A stretch of 63,928 nucleotides of DNA, filler included, from Reclinomonas americana ATCC 50394 (GCA_048213135.1; 11 parts of 11 records of this genome joined end to end with filler, not necessarily neighbours in it), one strand, 5' to 3'. Counted from the first letter of the whole stretch, positions 13,261 to 24,880 are shown. The notes: a model not told the origin generated them from the sequence alone. Numbers and translations are program-made.

Positions 13261-14513
13261 TCATTGCACCGCGGCAGCAGCAGCAGCAGGTGGTGTCCCG
13301 CCGCGCAGCTCACTCGTCATCGTCGTCCTCCTCAAAATCGTCCTCCTCGTCATCCTCATCGTCGTCATCGTCCACATGTTTCGGCGGCGGTGGCAGTGCA
13401 CGTGCTGCTGGCTCACACAGTGAGTGGAGAGACTCCACAGACTGAGTAACATGGACGACGACAACGCAACAGGTAGCAGGTGCGGATGGTTTCGGTGCCG
13501 GTGGTGCGCGTGCCGACGACTGTGCACTCCCGCCGCCATCTGCACAACTCAACAATGAGGGAAAGAAAAGGAGGCCACTCGTTGCAGGGCGGCGACGCAA
13601 CCAAAATCGTCGTCGTCGTACTCGTCGCTGTCCGACTCGTGCTTCTTCGCCGCGACTGCTGCTGGTGCCGGCTCTGTGACTGCACGTTAGCGCACGCAGA
13701 AGTGGATGAGCGGGTCGACAGTGAATGCAACTCGGCGGTGGCGGTGTTGACTTGGCAAGTGGTGTCCCGAGCGGTGGCGATTTGACTGCGTGTTGCCACC
13801 GGCCGTGAGTGAACCAACAGAGCAAGAGCAACCGCGCTTCTTTCTTCGACTCACCTCCAGGTGGCGATAGGATTGCTGCCCGAGCAACCGGCTTGACGGC
13901 CTCCTCCTCCTCGTCGTCATCCTCAAACCCATCGTCCTCCTCTCCCTCGTCACTGCTGCCGTGGTGCTTGCTGACAGCCACAGGCTTCGGCACCGGCTTC
14001 GCAGGCGGAGTGGCGCACGCGGCCACGGGCGACGCAGTCGCAGCGGAGGAAGTCGGAGTTTTGCTGACGGCGGCTGGAGGCGGTGGTGGTGATTTGACCG
14101 CAGGTGTCGCGCCCCGAGGCTTGTCGTCGTCGTCGTCTTCCTCCTCCTCATCCTCGTCAAACTGATCGCCGTACTCATCGTCATCATCCGATGCCGCCAC
14201 GGGCGGCTTGCTCGGCGCAACAGGCGCAACGATTGGCTTGCTGACCGGCGACGGCGCAACTGGAGGCTTTGCCGCTGGCGACGTCACCGATGCAGCGGGT
14301 TTCGGTGGTGGTGGCGGCGGCGGCGGCGGTTGCTTGCGGTCCTCCTCCGAGTCGTCCTCGGCATCAAAAGCGTCGCCATACTCGTCGTCATCGTCCTCGG
14401 CGGTCTGCTTCGGCTTGGCTGGTGGTGGCGCGATGGCAGGCTTCGCAGCCGGAGCTGGCATCGGTGCCCTTGGGGGAGGTGACTTGACAGTTGGCGTCCG
14501 CGTGTCGTCATCA
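13261..14513 (-). CDS. Proline-rich/acidic low-complexity eukaryotic protein, 5'-partial
   Basis: ORF 13310-14461 alternates poly-Pro and D/E tracts, with a repeated DDDDEYGD.F motif. It is open to the contig end. Confidence 0.65.
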
Positions 14514-14613
14514 NNNNNNNNNNNNNNNNNNNNNNNNNNNNNNNNNNNNNNNNNNNNTTAATTAATTAANNNNNNNNNNNNNNNNNNNNNNNNNNNNNNN
14601 NNNNNNNNNNNNN
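14514..14613. other. Artificial contig spacer N44-TTAATTAATTAA-N44 (also at 17123-17222, 19322-19421, 21701-21800, 24376-24475, 36189-36288, 50365-50464, 53350-53449, 56246-56345, 62122-62221)
   Basis: An identical 100-bp linker with stop codons in all six frames, present ten times. Confidence 0.98.
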
Positions 14614-16180
14614 AACACCAGGCTCCACGCGTGCTTGCTGCGGGGGCGTACATACTTGCGTGCCTCATCTGGCGATTTCGGTGACGTTGGCGACAGCGGG
14701 TGCTCGCCCACCACCGAGTACGCCGCGCTGGCCTTGTCCCATTCAAGTTTCTCTGTGCCAGTAACGTGTGTTAGCGAACTTGAGAGAGGCAGCGAGGTGA
14801 TTCACATGCAGGTACGCAACCGCAATTGGCAATGTAGCAATCATTAAACGTGCCCTTGCCCGGATTCCAACCACCAAAGATCACCAGAGTGCGACCATAC
14901 GCCGCCATGGTCTGGTACGCGCGCTTGCAGATCTGCGCAGCAGGAGGTGAATGAGGGTCGAGTCATTTCTCCTCCCCCTCCTGTGCCATGCGCAACATCT
15001 TCTTGTTCGCCCAGCAACGTGAACGAGTTGACCGATGAGTCGTACAGCCACAAGTCATTCTCAAAGCCTGCGTGGCGACCATGTTATCAGGCAGCAGCAG
15101 CATGAGTCATGGTGCGCAAGCAGCGGCACTCACCAGTGTCGGTGACTCCACCAAAGAAGTAGATCACGTCGCCAACGGCGGCTGCGCCGTGACCCGCACG
15201 AGCACTCGGCAACTGTGCCACAGTTGGCGTGAGCGAAAGGATAGCAAGGACACGAACGAGCACACACGCACCCCCTTGCCGACAAGAGCGCGAGGGGTGA
15301 GCTCCACCAACGAGTACGACTGCAAGTTGAACATGAAGAGGCGATTGGAGAGGCTGTTGATCGTGCTGTCGGTGTGCCCACCGAAAATGTACACACATGT
15401 GCCGATGCGAGTGGCACTCTGCAGCCGTGTCGTCAGCACAACAAACAAGCATATCGGAAAAGCACCAACTCCCCACTACGAAACATGGCCATACAGTGCT
15501 GGCGGCTTGATGCCCGTCGGCAACACCTCGGCCCACTGCATGGTAACTGACAAAGAGAGACAGACATATACATCAGACAAGACTCGCCACTCGTGTAAAG
15601 GAGACCGCGACTGGCGCACCAAGATTGAGCGCATGAATGTCGCGCAGCACTCGTCCATCCTGATCGATGCCACCAAACACAAACAGCTGTGCACCCGACG
15701 AGAACATCGTATGCTCACTGCGCGCACATGGTCCTGTGTACGAGCTCGGCGACGATGCCGAACAGGTGGTCTCCACACGCTCCCACCGATGCGACTCCAA
15801 CGAAAACACAAACAAATCGTCCAACGATCGCCCTGTCGCTCGTGTCGACGATGATGAAGAGGTCGAGGAGGACGATGGTGTGCTACTGGCCACCAGACCC
15901 CATCCTGTGCGCGCCACAGAGGGTCAGAAAAAACCACATATTGAAAAAGCTCTAACGCGGACAAGTGCGTGTGTGGGCGTGTGCGCGCACCGCCAAAGAG
16001 GAACACGCGCTTGTCGACTGCGACCATGGAGTGGCCTTGGCGAGGAGCGGGAAGAGCACCGAGCATGTGGCATTGAGACCAGACGACAGTGGTGCTGGCC
16101 GAGGAGGCACTGCCACTGTGAATGATCCCACTGCTGCTGGCACCTGTGCTGCTGTTGGCAGCGCCTGCTGATGCCGCCAT
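14614..16180 (-). CDS. Kelch-repeat beta-propeller protein, multi-exon, 3'-partial
   Basis: Repeated Kelch blades: PAPRQGHS..VFLFGG, PCARSEHT..LFVFGG, PPALYGH..VYIFGG, PSARAGHG..IYFFGG, and NDLWLYD. Confidence 0.85.
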
Positions 16181-16333
16181 GAGGGACAGAGAGATAGAGA
16201 GACGGGTGTCGGTGTGCTGGCTTGCTTGGAGACTGCACCGACGTCGTTTTTCGTGATTTGACCGTTGATATCAAGCGGGACAAAAGGTCGAGCTCGTCCT
16301 GCGCCCTTTGTAAAAACAATACGTACAACGAAC

Positions 16334-16967
16334 ATGGGATCGGCTTCGAGCTCCGAATGTGTCGTTGTGGACACGGACGACAACACTCGCTCTGCTCGAG
16401 GTGAGTATGATCCTGTTGCGCGCTTCGATCGCGAATTCGCGCACGCATGCGCATGCATGACCATGGGTTTGTTCGCATGCGATAGCACGGGAGAGGCTTC
16501 AACGCCTGGCCGCTGCCGATGAGAGGAGAAGGTATGCGTAGTGCTTGTTCATGCGCTATCATCTTTGAATTCCAGTCCTCCTTATTTACACATGCATGTG
16601 AAGGACGTGGTTGGCGGATGTCGAAGACGCTCTCGTGCAGCTCGGCGAGCCACTCGAAAGGACACAACTTCCTCCCAGCGATCCAGTCGCCACTTGGAGC
16701 AGTCTGCGCAGCTCTCTGCAAGAATGTGCAGATATTCTTGCCACGCACTCGGAGGTACCAGATCCGGAGGTCGTCGAGATGAGAGCTCGGGCGGCGCTCC
16801 ATGCAGTTAGGTCCCTCTTGTCGCTACCCAGTGCCGCCACAGATCAAAAAGAGGTGGACGAAACTCTCGACATCATCCTCACGGCTTTTAATTTCTTGTC
16901 GCGATCGGAAGTGCTTCCACCTGATTTTTCTTCCGTAGCGAGTGATAGTTACTGTTTAGTATACTGA
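16334..16967 (+). CDS. Three-exon eukaryotic hypothetical protein (exons 16334-16400, 16486-16531, 16604-16967) with a possible N-myristoylation start
   Basis: Two GT..AG introns splice in frame to give MGSASSSECVVVDTDDNTRSARARERLQRLAAADERRRTWLADVEDALVQ...YCLVY*. It is divergent from the Kelch gene across ~150 bp. Confidence 0.65.
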
Positions 16968-17033
16968 GGTTTCTGGAAGAGAAGAACGGAGCAGTCACAA
17001 TCGTAATCCAATTGTACTGTCCGTTCTTCTCTT
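16942..17033 (+). other. Conserved motif (GTGATAGTT-N10-ATACTGAGGTTTCTGG) plus long hairpin, copy 1
   Basis: A 14-bp perfect stem (16977-16990 / 17020-17033) starts directly after the motif. The same architecture is at 17745-17835 on the minus strand. Confidence 0.7.
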
Positions 17034-17457
17034 GTTTGTATTCACAAAGAGCGCCCTCCCTTTTCCCACCCTTTTTCTTCTGCAGCAGTCACACTCACGT
17101 TCTCTTTCTTGTTTCGAGCGCANNNNNNNNNNNNNNNNNNNNNNNNNNNNNNNNNNNNNNNNNNNNTTAATTAATTAANNNNNNNNNNNNNNNNNNNNNN
17201 NNNNNNNNNNNNNNNNNNNNNNGCTTCAGATCTGCTTCTACCGTCCTTTGTCTTGCACTCTCTTGAGGTTTCTGGTGTTGGAGGGCTATGAGCATGACGC
17301 TCGCTCGTACTTGGCGATTGGTGTGACTGTTTTTATGATTATTCGGATATTTGTACTTCTGCTTGAGACGCCTAAGCGACAGGGAACGACTACTCGAGGT
17401 TGTTTCCTTTGCTGACGCTCTGCTCTTACTCTGATAGTTTTACTGGAAAGAGTGATT

Positions 17458-17538
17458 GCAAATGAAAAGCCCCGTTTGTTGTGACTGCTGTTCCTCTGGA
17501 AGAAATCAGTCACCAACAAACGGGGGCTTTTCACTTGC
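17458..17538. repeat. Near-perfect ~30-bp inverted repeat (81-nt hairpin)
   Basis: 17458-17487 against the reverse complement of 17507-17538 shows one mismatch and two single-base indels. Confidence 0.85.
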
Positions 17539-17744
17539 TTTGCTTACAATCAAAAGACCGAAGGCAGATCAGAGCACAGGCAAAAGGGAAACACACCCAA
17601 AGAGGTATGAACTATCACCAGTAGAGTCCGCTGTAAACAAGAAAACCGAAGATGTAGGAGAAAACCATAATCAACAATAGAATATTAAACCAGCGTGGAC
17701 AATCGTGCCAGCGCGCGGAATGAAAAGATGAACAAGCAAATAAA

Positions 17745-17835
17745 AGTAGAACGATTGGAGACGACGAATTTGAAATGAGTTGGCTCCTGATCGTTCTACT
17801 CCAGAAACCTCAGTATGTCTAACAACAACTATCAC
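17745..17835 (-). other. Conserved motif plus long hairpin, copy 2
   Basis: AACTATCAC at 17827-17835 and CCAGAAACCTCAGTAT at 17801-17816. The 11-bp perfect stem 17745-17755 / 17790-17800 is extended by GGAG/CTCC. Confidence 0.7.
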
Positions 17836-17899
17836 CGACCGTAAACCTGGAGGATCAGCTCGTGTCGTGCATTGAGGCGTCGAACTCTGCCGATGTTGA

Positions 17900-19170
17900 C
17901 TGCACGGCTGTCACACCGCGGACAGCAGGTACGTCTGTTGCTCCTCCAGTTCCCTGCTTCTTGACCGTCACCCTCCTCTCCAAAGCACCATGCACATGGC
18001 CAGCGCGGCTTCTCCGCTACTCAAACTTGACCGGACCCCTGCTAGGACCTCGCCGCAGTGTGTACTACACAGCAGATACACGGCAAGGCACTTTACCTCA
18101 GGATGACGCGTGACGAGGCTGCTGACCTGACTTCCATACCCACCACTACTGGAGAACAACCGTGCGTGAAAAACATGTCTCCTTCATTGTTCGTGCCTCC
18201 ACGTTGCTCACTACTTGGTGTAGTGGATGAGAATATTTGGGAGGATCTGGTACGGGTGGAAAATGACACTGCGCGGTACGCAAACGACGGAGAAACGTGA
18301 GTGAACAAGCAGGTGAAACCTGTGCAGTGCTCGATCGATATCCTCGCGCAACTCTGAAGATGTGGGGAACCAAGTGAGTAAGTTTATCTGATCGCACCTA
18401 GCAACCGCGCCACTCCCACTCACATTCATCGTTCTTGACGGTCACAGCGTCACGTCCGGCAAAATTTCCCGATCCCTTCACGTACACGCTGTGGAAGCGG
18501 CGGCTGTCACGCCCCTGGCCCATGCGAGGCGGCAGGAAATGATCGTGTCGCTCGTCTGGAGCGTTCAAAGCATTCACCTGCACGTTGCATTCGCCAGTCA
18601 AGAAAAAGCACCTTGGGGCAGTGAGCAGAAACACATTTACACATACCGTTTCCATGTCTCCAAGCAGCACAGAGCACATGAGAATGGCTCGCTGCACATG
18701 CACGATGTGAGGACGCACGACACTCTGCTGCACACAAACAGACAAGATAGCAACACACCGCATTGTCGTTCGGCCTGGGCGACGTGTACACGTCGGCTTT
18801 CCTGCGATACGGCAGACACACGCACGATCAGTCGGCAATGACAAATCACAAGTCGCACTTACTGCACTCTCGCAACTGCAACAGATTGGCAAAGTACACT
18901 GCGCTCGCGACATTATAGTGAGCTCGGTCATTCACATAATATATTCGTCACTGCACGCACAAACCTCCGAGACCGAACATGTGGCAGGCGGGGTTCTGGT
19001 TGCGGACGTGACGATGTTGGCGGCACAACTGGCAGTCGGCCAAGCAGTTGACATTTGCTCGCCCATCGCCCACGGCCACGGCCACCTGGCAGCCAACATC
19101 CACGTTGAAGTCCGCCGGCGGAATCATCTGCACGCCCACTGTCACCCACCACAATTCGCAATGCAGGCAC
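17900..19170 (-). CDS. Probable multi-exon eukaryotic hypothetical gene; boundaries uncertain
   Basis: Several GT..AG intron candidates join segments such as ELREDIDRALH / VIFHPYQILPNILIHYT / GGYGSQVSSLVTRHPE. Confidence 0.3.
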
Positions 19171-19421
19171 TTTGAGTCACAAAACTCACCGAGCGATCAA
19201 GAATCGCGTCAACTGCCTTTTCATGCGTGCCGTGGAACCTGCAATGGTAGAGGGAAAGTGAGCTGCAGTACACACACACGCACACACACAAAGAAGTCTC
19301 GTAACAGCGAGATTGGCTTTANNNNNNNNNNNNNNNNNNNNNNNNNNNNNNNNNNNNNNNNNNNNTTAATTAATTAANNNNNNNNNNNNNNNNNNNNNNN
19401 NNNNNNNNNNNNNNNNNNNNN

Positions 19422-21600
19422 GTCAACTCCCACGCTCGTCGACAAGCAGAAGACATGACCCTCGGGAACTTTCGCACGTCGCGGCTCTTTGTGCAGATCG
19501 TGCATGGCGGCGAGGACGCCATAGTGACAGCCCGAACCCAGGGCCGACACGTTTCTGCGTGCGAGTGTGGTTTAGCAATAGTCTCGAGCAACAAGAAATG
19601 CAAGCAGACTTACTTGTGCAGACACGCAAAGACGATCTTCTCTCCTTCGTAGTCAAGAATGAGTTGGACAACGAGACCCTTGAGGGCGCGCATCAGCGGC
19701 TGTGTACAACACACCCAGCAGGCGACGGTGAACAAGGGAACAGACAGGCTACACAGCGCAAGGCATGGCACGTACCTCCGACTTGAGACCGTTGCGGAAA
19801 CAGACCACCACGACTGCCTTGATGTGTTGCAGCTGCGCTGCCGCGAATGTGACGTCTTTCACTCGAGCCGCGAAGTCAAAGTCTGCGTTGTGTGATGGTC
19901 GTGAGGTTCCACGGAGGAGTAGCTCTCTCTCTCTCTCTCTTTCAAACACACCTCTGCCATCGGGAAGGGCAAAGTCGTCCACCTGCTGCCGGAGGTGGTC
20001 GCCGAGCTCGGGATAGACTTCTCGAATTCGACGCAAGTAGCTCTGAAGGTTTGTGAAACAGGCTTGTGAAACACTATGGCACCTGAGAGAAGTTGCAGGA
20101 GAGGCAAACTCACCGAGTCGTGGCGAATCACCAATACGGAGCACCGGGGCAAAGTGAACGCGTCGCCACACACCACCCTCACATCGACGGCCGGTGCATC
20201 CATGTACTTGTCCTCGATACAAACTGTGCGACGGAAGAGAAGCTCCACAGCTGCTGCAGAAATACAGTGAGACAACTGGAGCGCTAGCACACAGCAAGCA
20301 CAAGGCCGTCTACGCACGTGGATCGGCTGGAGCTCTGTTCACATTTTCGATGAGTCACTACATTCGTAAGCAGCAACGACGAACTCGAACGCAACGGAGC
20401 GGCAACAACGACGGGGGCTACACGGAGCTCTCTGAAGTAAGGACAACATCTTGTGATGAGTCAACTGCGCATCACGAAGGAGAGAAAAAAGTGAAACGCA
20501 ACGCGGGGGCGTTGAATACATCGGCAGCTGGCACAGCGACAGCAGGAGATGGAACAGCTCCATCGAAAATGTTGCCACCACGTGGATTGTGCACGCTGCA
20601 GCACAGAAAAACATACAATCAGCGTGGCCAACAATTACAATAACAACAACAACAACAAGCATGACTCTCTATCGTCCGTTCGCAACTTTGGCGGACGGCG
20701 AATTTGTACACTGCACGACGATGAAAGGCGCAGGTGAGGCTCTGTACTTCACAACACGAAAGAAAGAACACAACTTGGGAGGCTGTGGAAGACGATCGTC
20801 GCGCAAGTGCAGTCGCTGCTCCACGTAGGAAGCGTGATAGCTCTCGATCTCAAGCTCTTCCAGTCGCCGTCGACACTCCTGCATACCATACGCGACAAGG
20901 AAAATGACGCTGTCAGCGTCTCAGTCGTCACACACTTGCACACGGCAGCACGGCGCACCTCTTCTGTGAGGCCACGTGGCGGATCTGTCCTCTGCGGCGC
21001 AGCCACTGGCGGAGGTCCAACTCTTGGTGCACCCTGCTGCTGCGCATTGAAAGGCTCGAACCCCGGCGGCAAATCACTCGGCGGCCGGCCAGCTGCGCCG
21101 GGAGCCGCACCACCTGGCGCTCGACCGGCACCTCCAGCAGCGGGAGCAAATCCACCAGGTGCTCGACCAGCACCACCAGCAGCGGGAGCAAATCCACCAG
21201 GTGCTCGACCAGCACCACCAGCAGCGGGAGCAAATCCACCAGGTGCTCGACCAGCACCACCAGCAGCGGGAGCAAATCCACCAGGTGCTCGACCGGCACC
21301 ACCGGCAGCGACCGGCACGAAACCCTTCACGGGGGGAGGACCGCCATCACGCGCCCCGGCCGGTGGCCCAGCAGGACCACGATCCAAGCGAGCGCTCACG
21401 CCAGGCAGCTCACTAGGACCACCGTAACCACCGACAAGCGGCGGTGGCTGCGGTTGTTGTGGTCGTACAGTAAGCGTGGCCGCCGCACCTCGTCCGCCAA
21501 AGATGTCGTCGTCGTCGGCGGCCACGCTGAAGGCGGCAGCGGCCGCGCCAGGAGCACCAGGTGGTCCCTGAGAACCGAGGCCGTCGCTTAGCTAAGTACG
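19422..21600 (-). CDS. Multi-exon eukaryotic hypothetical protein with a Gly/Ala/Pro repeat region
   Basis: ORF 20749-21525 is followed by protein-like exons (ECRRRLEELEIESYHASY; IEDKYMDAPAVDVRVVCGDAF; HNADFDFAARVKDVTF). Confidence 0.5.
21110..21310 (-). repeat. Coding 42-bp tandem repeat, ~4.8 copies (GGFAPAAGGAGRAP)
   Basis: The unit CCACCAGGTGCTCGACCAGCACCACCAGCAGCGGGAGCAAAT is repeated head to tail with no spacers. Confidence 0.9.
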
Positions 21601-21800
21601 AGAGTGGAAAGGAAAAAAAGAGTAATGCATTTCTTACCTGCGCCACCATCATATCAAGACCATGATCCTTGTGCATGAAACCTCAACAGTCAGCAAGAGT
21701 NNNNNNNNNNNNNNNNNNNNNNNNNNNNNNNNNNNNNNNNNNNNTTAATTAATTAANNNNNNNNNNNNNNNNNNNNNNNNNNNNNNNNNNNNNNNNNNNN

Positions 21801-24187
21801 CAAAAATCACTGAAAGTCAAGCACGAGCACTCACCACAGAGCTCTCCAAGTCTGCGTTGACAGCGCACGATACAAAAAGTCAGCAGCAATATGAGAGCAT
21901 GTAGAGACGAAATGATGCCGAAAACACGACTCACCGTCACCGCCCCACTCCGCGGCAGACATTTCCTCCTCTAGCGCAGCTCGTCGCCGGTCAGCAGCGT
22001 GGCGGAAATCAGCCGGCAGTAAACGACGAAGCTCTCTGAAGATATCCGACTTTTCCGACATGGGTGCGTTGAGGTCCACGGTTCGTCCGTGGATGGTCTG
22101 ACTGCGCTCCACCAGTTTGCCGTACCGTTCCTCGGCGTCGTCCAGGTCCGCCTAAAAAAAGAGAAGGCACGGTACGGTAATTACACCGCACGAAACGGCT
22201 CAACGATCGCACACAGTCCAAACCAGTGATGCAGCACTGCGAATCTCTTCCAGTACTCTCACACGCAAGTCCATCACAGCGCACGCAGATTCCAGCAACG
22301 TGCGCAACAGCACATCTGTGCAACAAAAGACGAACGGCATCAGTCATGTGAGAAACACATTGCTTCTCTCACGAGTGCATACCGACTGGGATGTCATCTT
22401 CTGGCCCGCCAGGAGTCGGCCCGCCGGGTGTCACTTCCGGCACATAGCCACGGTGAGCAGCAGCAAAAAGCTCTGCATATGATGGGTCGTTGCTCGCTTC
22501 GACAGGCAACTGCACGTCACAACTGTGAGGCAAGATGGACAGGAGCAAGGGATAGCGACTTGTAGTACCTGCACCGGTCGGGGATTCGAGGGACCCTCGT
22601 TGGGGTACATGTCGACGACGGCTGCAGCGGATGACTGCGAAGATGAGGCGCTCGGTGCCTTTGCGTGTGATGGGGACGTACTCTGTGGCCTTGGCGACTC
22701 TGGCCGACGGCCCGGCTGTGGCGGCGGCTTCTCGCCCGTCCGTTCCACAATTGCTGCTGCTGGTGCCGCCGGTACTGCTGCTGGTGCTGCGGATGCTGAT
22801 GGACCCTGCCCGCGCAGCAAACCTACTTCAGAACCAGCAAAGCACGCACGCACACACACACACAATTGCCAGCGCACGAACCAAATCATCTACATGATCA
22901 AACACAAACGTCATCAGCTGGTCCATGATTCGAGTGTCATCGAAGAGCGTGGACTCGAACGACGCAAACGCCATGTTCAGCACCCGATCCGTCACCTCGG
23001 GCGCAAATTCTCTGACTTTCTGTGATGGTGTAGATCGAAATATGCGTGAGAAGAGAGAGCACGCGCACTCGGGTGACCATACAACAACAGACCTCGCTCA
23101 AGTAAACTTTCCTGGCTGCAATATTTGCCTGGTCCGCCATCGTCGTCGGCCGCACCGGTGTCGGCACCAGGGCCGCCGCCATGCCTACCGACTGCTTCTG
23201 CGTACGCAGCCGGTCGATGAGCACCTGCACCGCACGGACCTCGTTCACATCGATGGCGTCCACTTCACGCTCCGCGTCGGACCGCGACAGGTCCGGAAGA
23301 GCCTCGCGAACACGCTGCGCACGACAGGAGTGAGCACCACATAATGTAGTCGACAGAGGCGAGCCAGAGGGAAGTGACCTTGACAGCGGCTTCGCGCAAG
23401 CCTGTTGGGGCCTGCGTGAAGATCCAGGTGAGAAGACCGAACATGCACGGAGTTCATAACACAGCACAATAGCACATACACACCGCTTGCTGTTGCTGCG
23501 GTGGTGGCAGCGGTGGAGAGCGCACCTGTGGCACTGGTGGCGGAGACTGCACCTGCAGTGGTGGAGAGCGCACCGATTGTGGCGACAGCACTTGTTGGGC
23601 TACAGGCGGCGACTGCGCCTGCTGCGGAGGAGGAGGAGGACGCACTGGCTGTGGCGACAGCACCTGCTGTGCAGCAGACGGCGGCTGCACCGGAGGCAGT
23701 GGCGGAGAGCTTACTTCTCGCGCAGGCGGTTGCACTAGTGGCAGCACCTGCTGTGGAGGTGCCGCCACCACAAGCGGTCGCACGGACTGCTGTGGCTGCT
23801 GCTGCGGCTGCGGCTGCTGACGCAGAGGCGAGAAGAGCGGGGCAGGTGCATTCGCGTTGCTCTGCGGTGGCCGCTCATTCGCCGCCGCCTTTGTGCACAA
23901 CGAGAGATGAGAGAGACCACAATCAAAGACACGCACGCACTCACACACACACCTGCGCATTCTGAGCAGCTGCTGCACGCGCGGCAGCCAGAGCAGCGCC
24001 CGAGGGATTCATCTGGATGAGCGGGGGTGGAGCAGCCGCAGCAGAGGGAGCAGCAGATGCGCCTCCTTCCGCGGGCAAGTGTGTGTGATAGCACTCGATG
24101 CATGCGAGCGAGGCGGCTTTGAAGGCATTGCACTTGAACTCGGCCGCAGTGCACGCACACTCCGGGCAGTTCCCAGCGCTCGCCATG
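21801..24187 (-). CDS. Multi-exon Pro/Gln-rich eukaryotic protein with an N-terminal Cys/His motif
   Basis: CPECACTAAEFKCNAFKAASLACIECYHTH is followed by (Q/R)SPP repeats and helical exons. The start is inferred. Confidence 0.55.
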
Positions 24188-24475
24188 AGCGAAGGAAGGA
24201 AGAAGCCAAGTGTCCGCCGGATATTGACAGGTTTTTCAAGAAAGGGTCGTCCGCCTGTGACGTCGACTGTGGAAATGGAAGCAGTGGCTGTCGAGTTTGA
24301 CACTGGCGCATTGTAGAGTGCCACGTGGCGATGAGTGGAATGGGCCCGCACCTCGAGCTCGTTTGCAAGCATTACNNNNNNNNNNNNNNNNNNNNNNNNN
24401 NNNNNNNNNNNNNNNNNNNTTAATTAATTAANNNNNNNNNNNNNNNNNNNNNNNNNNNNNNNNNNNNNNNNNNNN

Positions 24476-24880
24476 GGCCGCGTTGTCCTCGCCACGGGCC
24501 CGCCTGGCCAGATACTCGAAAACCTTTCGGGCCTCCTCTTCGGTGACGTCCTTTGCTTTGCGGCTCGCCGTGCGCGGCTCGTCGGGACGGCCGCGCCGCG
24601 CATCGACGAGTTCGATCAGTTTCGCCATGATATCTCCGCGGGACGGAGGCGCCACCACTTCCTGCTCGATCAGCATGTCCAGAGCGAAGCCGAGCTGGCG
24701 GCGGTAGACCCGCACAGTCGACCCCTTGATCACGCCGCCTGCCTTGAGGGAGCGCAGGAGCGCCTCCAGAGGCGGAAGGTCCGGGTAGTCCCGGCGAGCA
24801 CGACGAAGGTGCTGGTCACCCTCGGCACGGGGATCGGCGGCGATGAGTGGTACGGTCGGTTTCTCGGTCTCGGATGGCAT
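24476..24880 (-). CDS. N-terminal part of a putative divergent tyrosine recombinase/integrase (3'-partial)
   Basis: A helical STVRVYRRQL segment and basic linker RRGRPDEPRTASRKAK resemble the core-binding region and linker of integrase-like proteins. The catalytic residues would lie beyond the contig end. Confidence 0.45.

Noticed and set aside
14558..14569. TTAATTAATTAA as a biological repeat or attachment site
   Set aside because: It is always centred in a fixed 100-bp N spacer, so it is a concatenation linker.
16942..17033. Motif plus hairpin as a hammerhead ribozyme, C/D or H/ACA snoRNA, or SECIS
   Set aside because: There is no CUGANGA core, no canonical RUGAUGA or ANANNA/ACA boxes, and no AUGA/GA quartet with an apical AAR. 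It is kept only as an unknown element.
17803..17835. TAA read as Gln (ciliate-like code), suggested by QKPQYV*QQLS aligning with QKPQYTKQ*LS
   Set aside because: This is one short alignment in a probably non-coding motif. The conserved exons of the helicase and Kelch genes that I read needed no stop reassignment.
21110..21310. 42-bp repeats as a CRISPR array
   Set aside because: There are no spacers, the unit is a multiple of three within an ORF, no cas genes are present, and the contig is eukaryotic.
21677..21685. GAAACCTCA as a fourth copy of the conserved motif
   Set aside because: It is only 9 bp, has no convincing adjacent hairpin, and lies near a contig end.
24376..24475. Bacterial DNA integrated in the eukaryotic genome
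   Set aside because: The transition occurs only across artificial spacers. No contig mixes the two sequence types.
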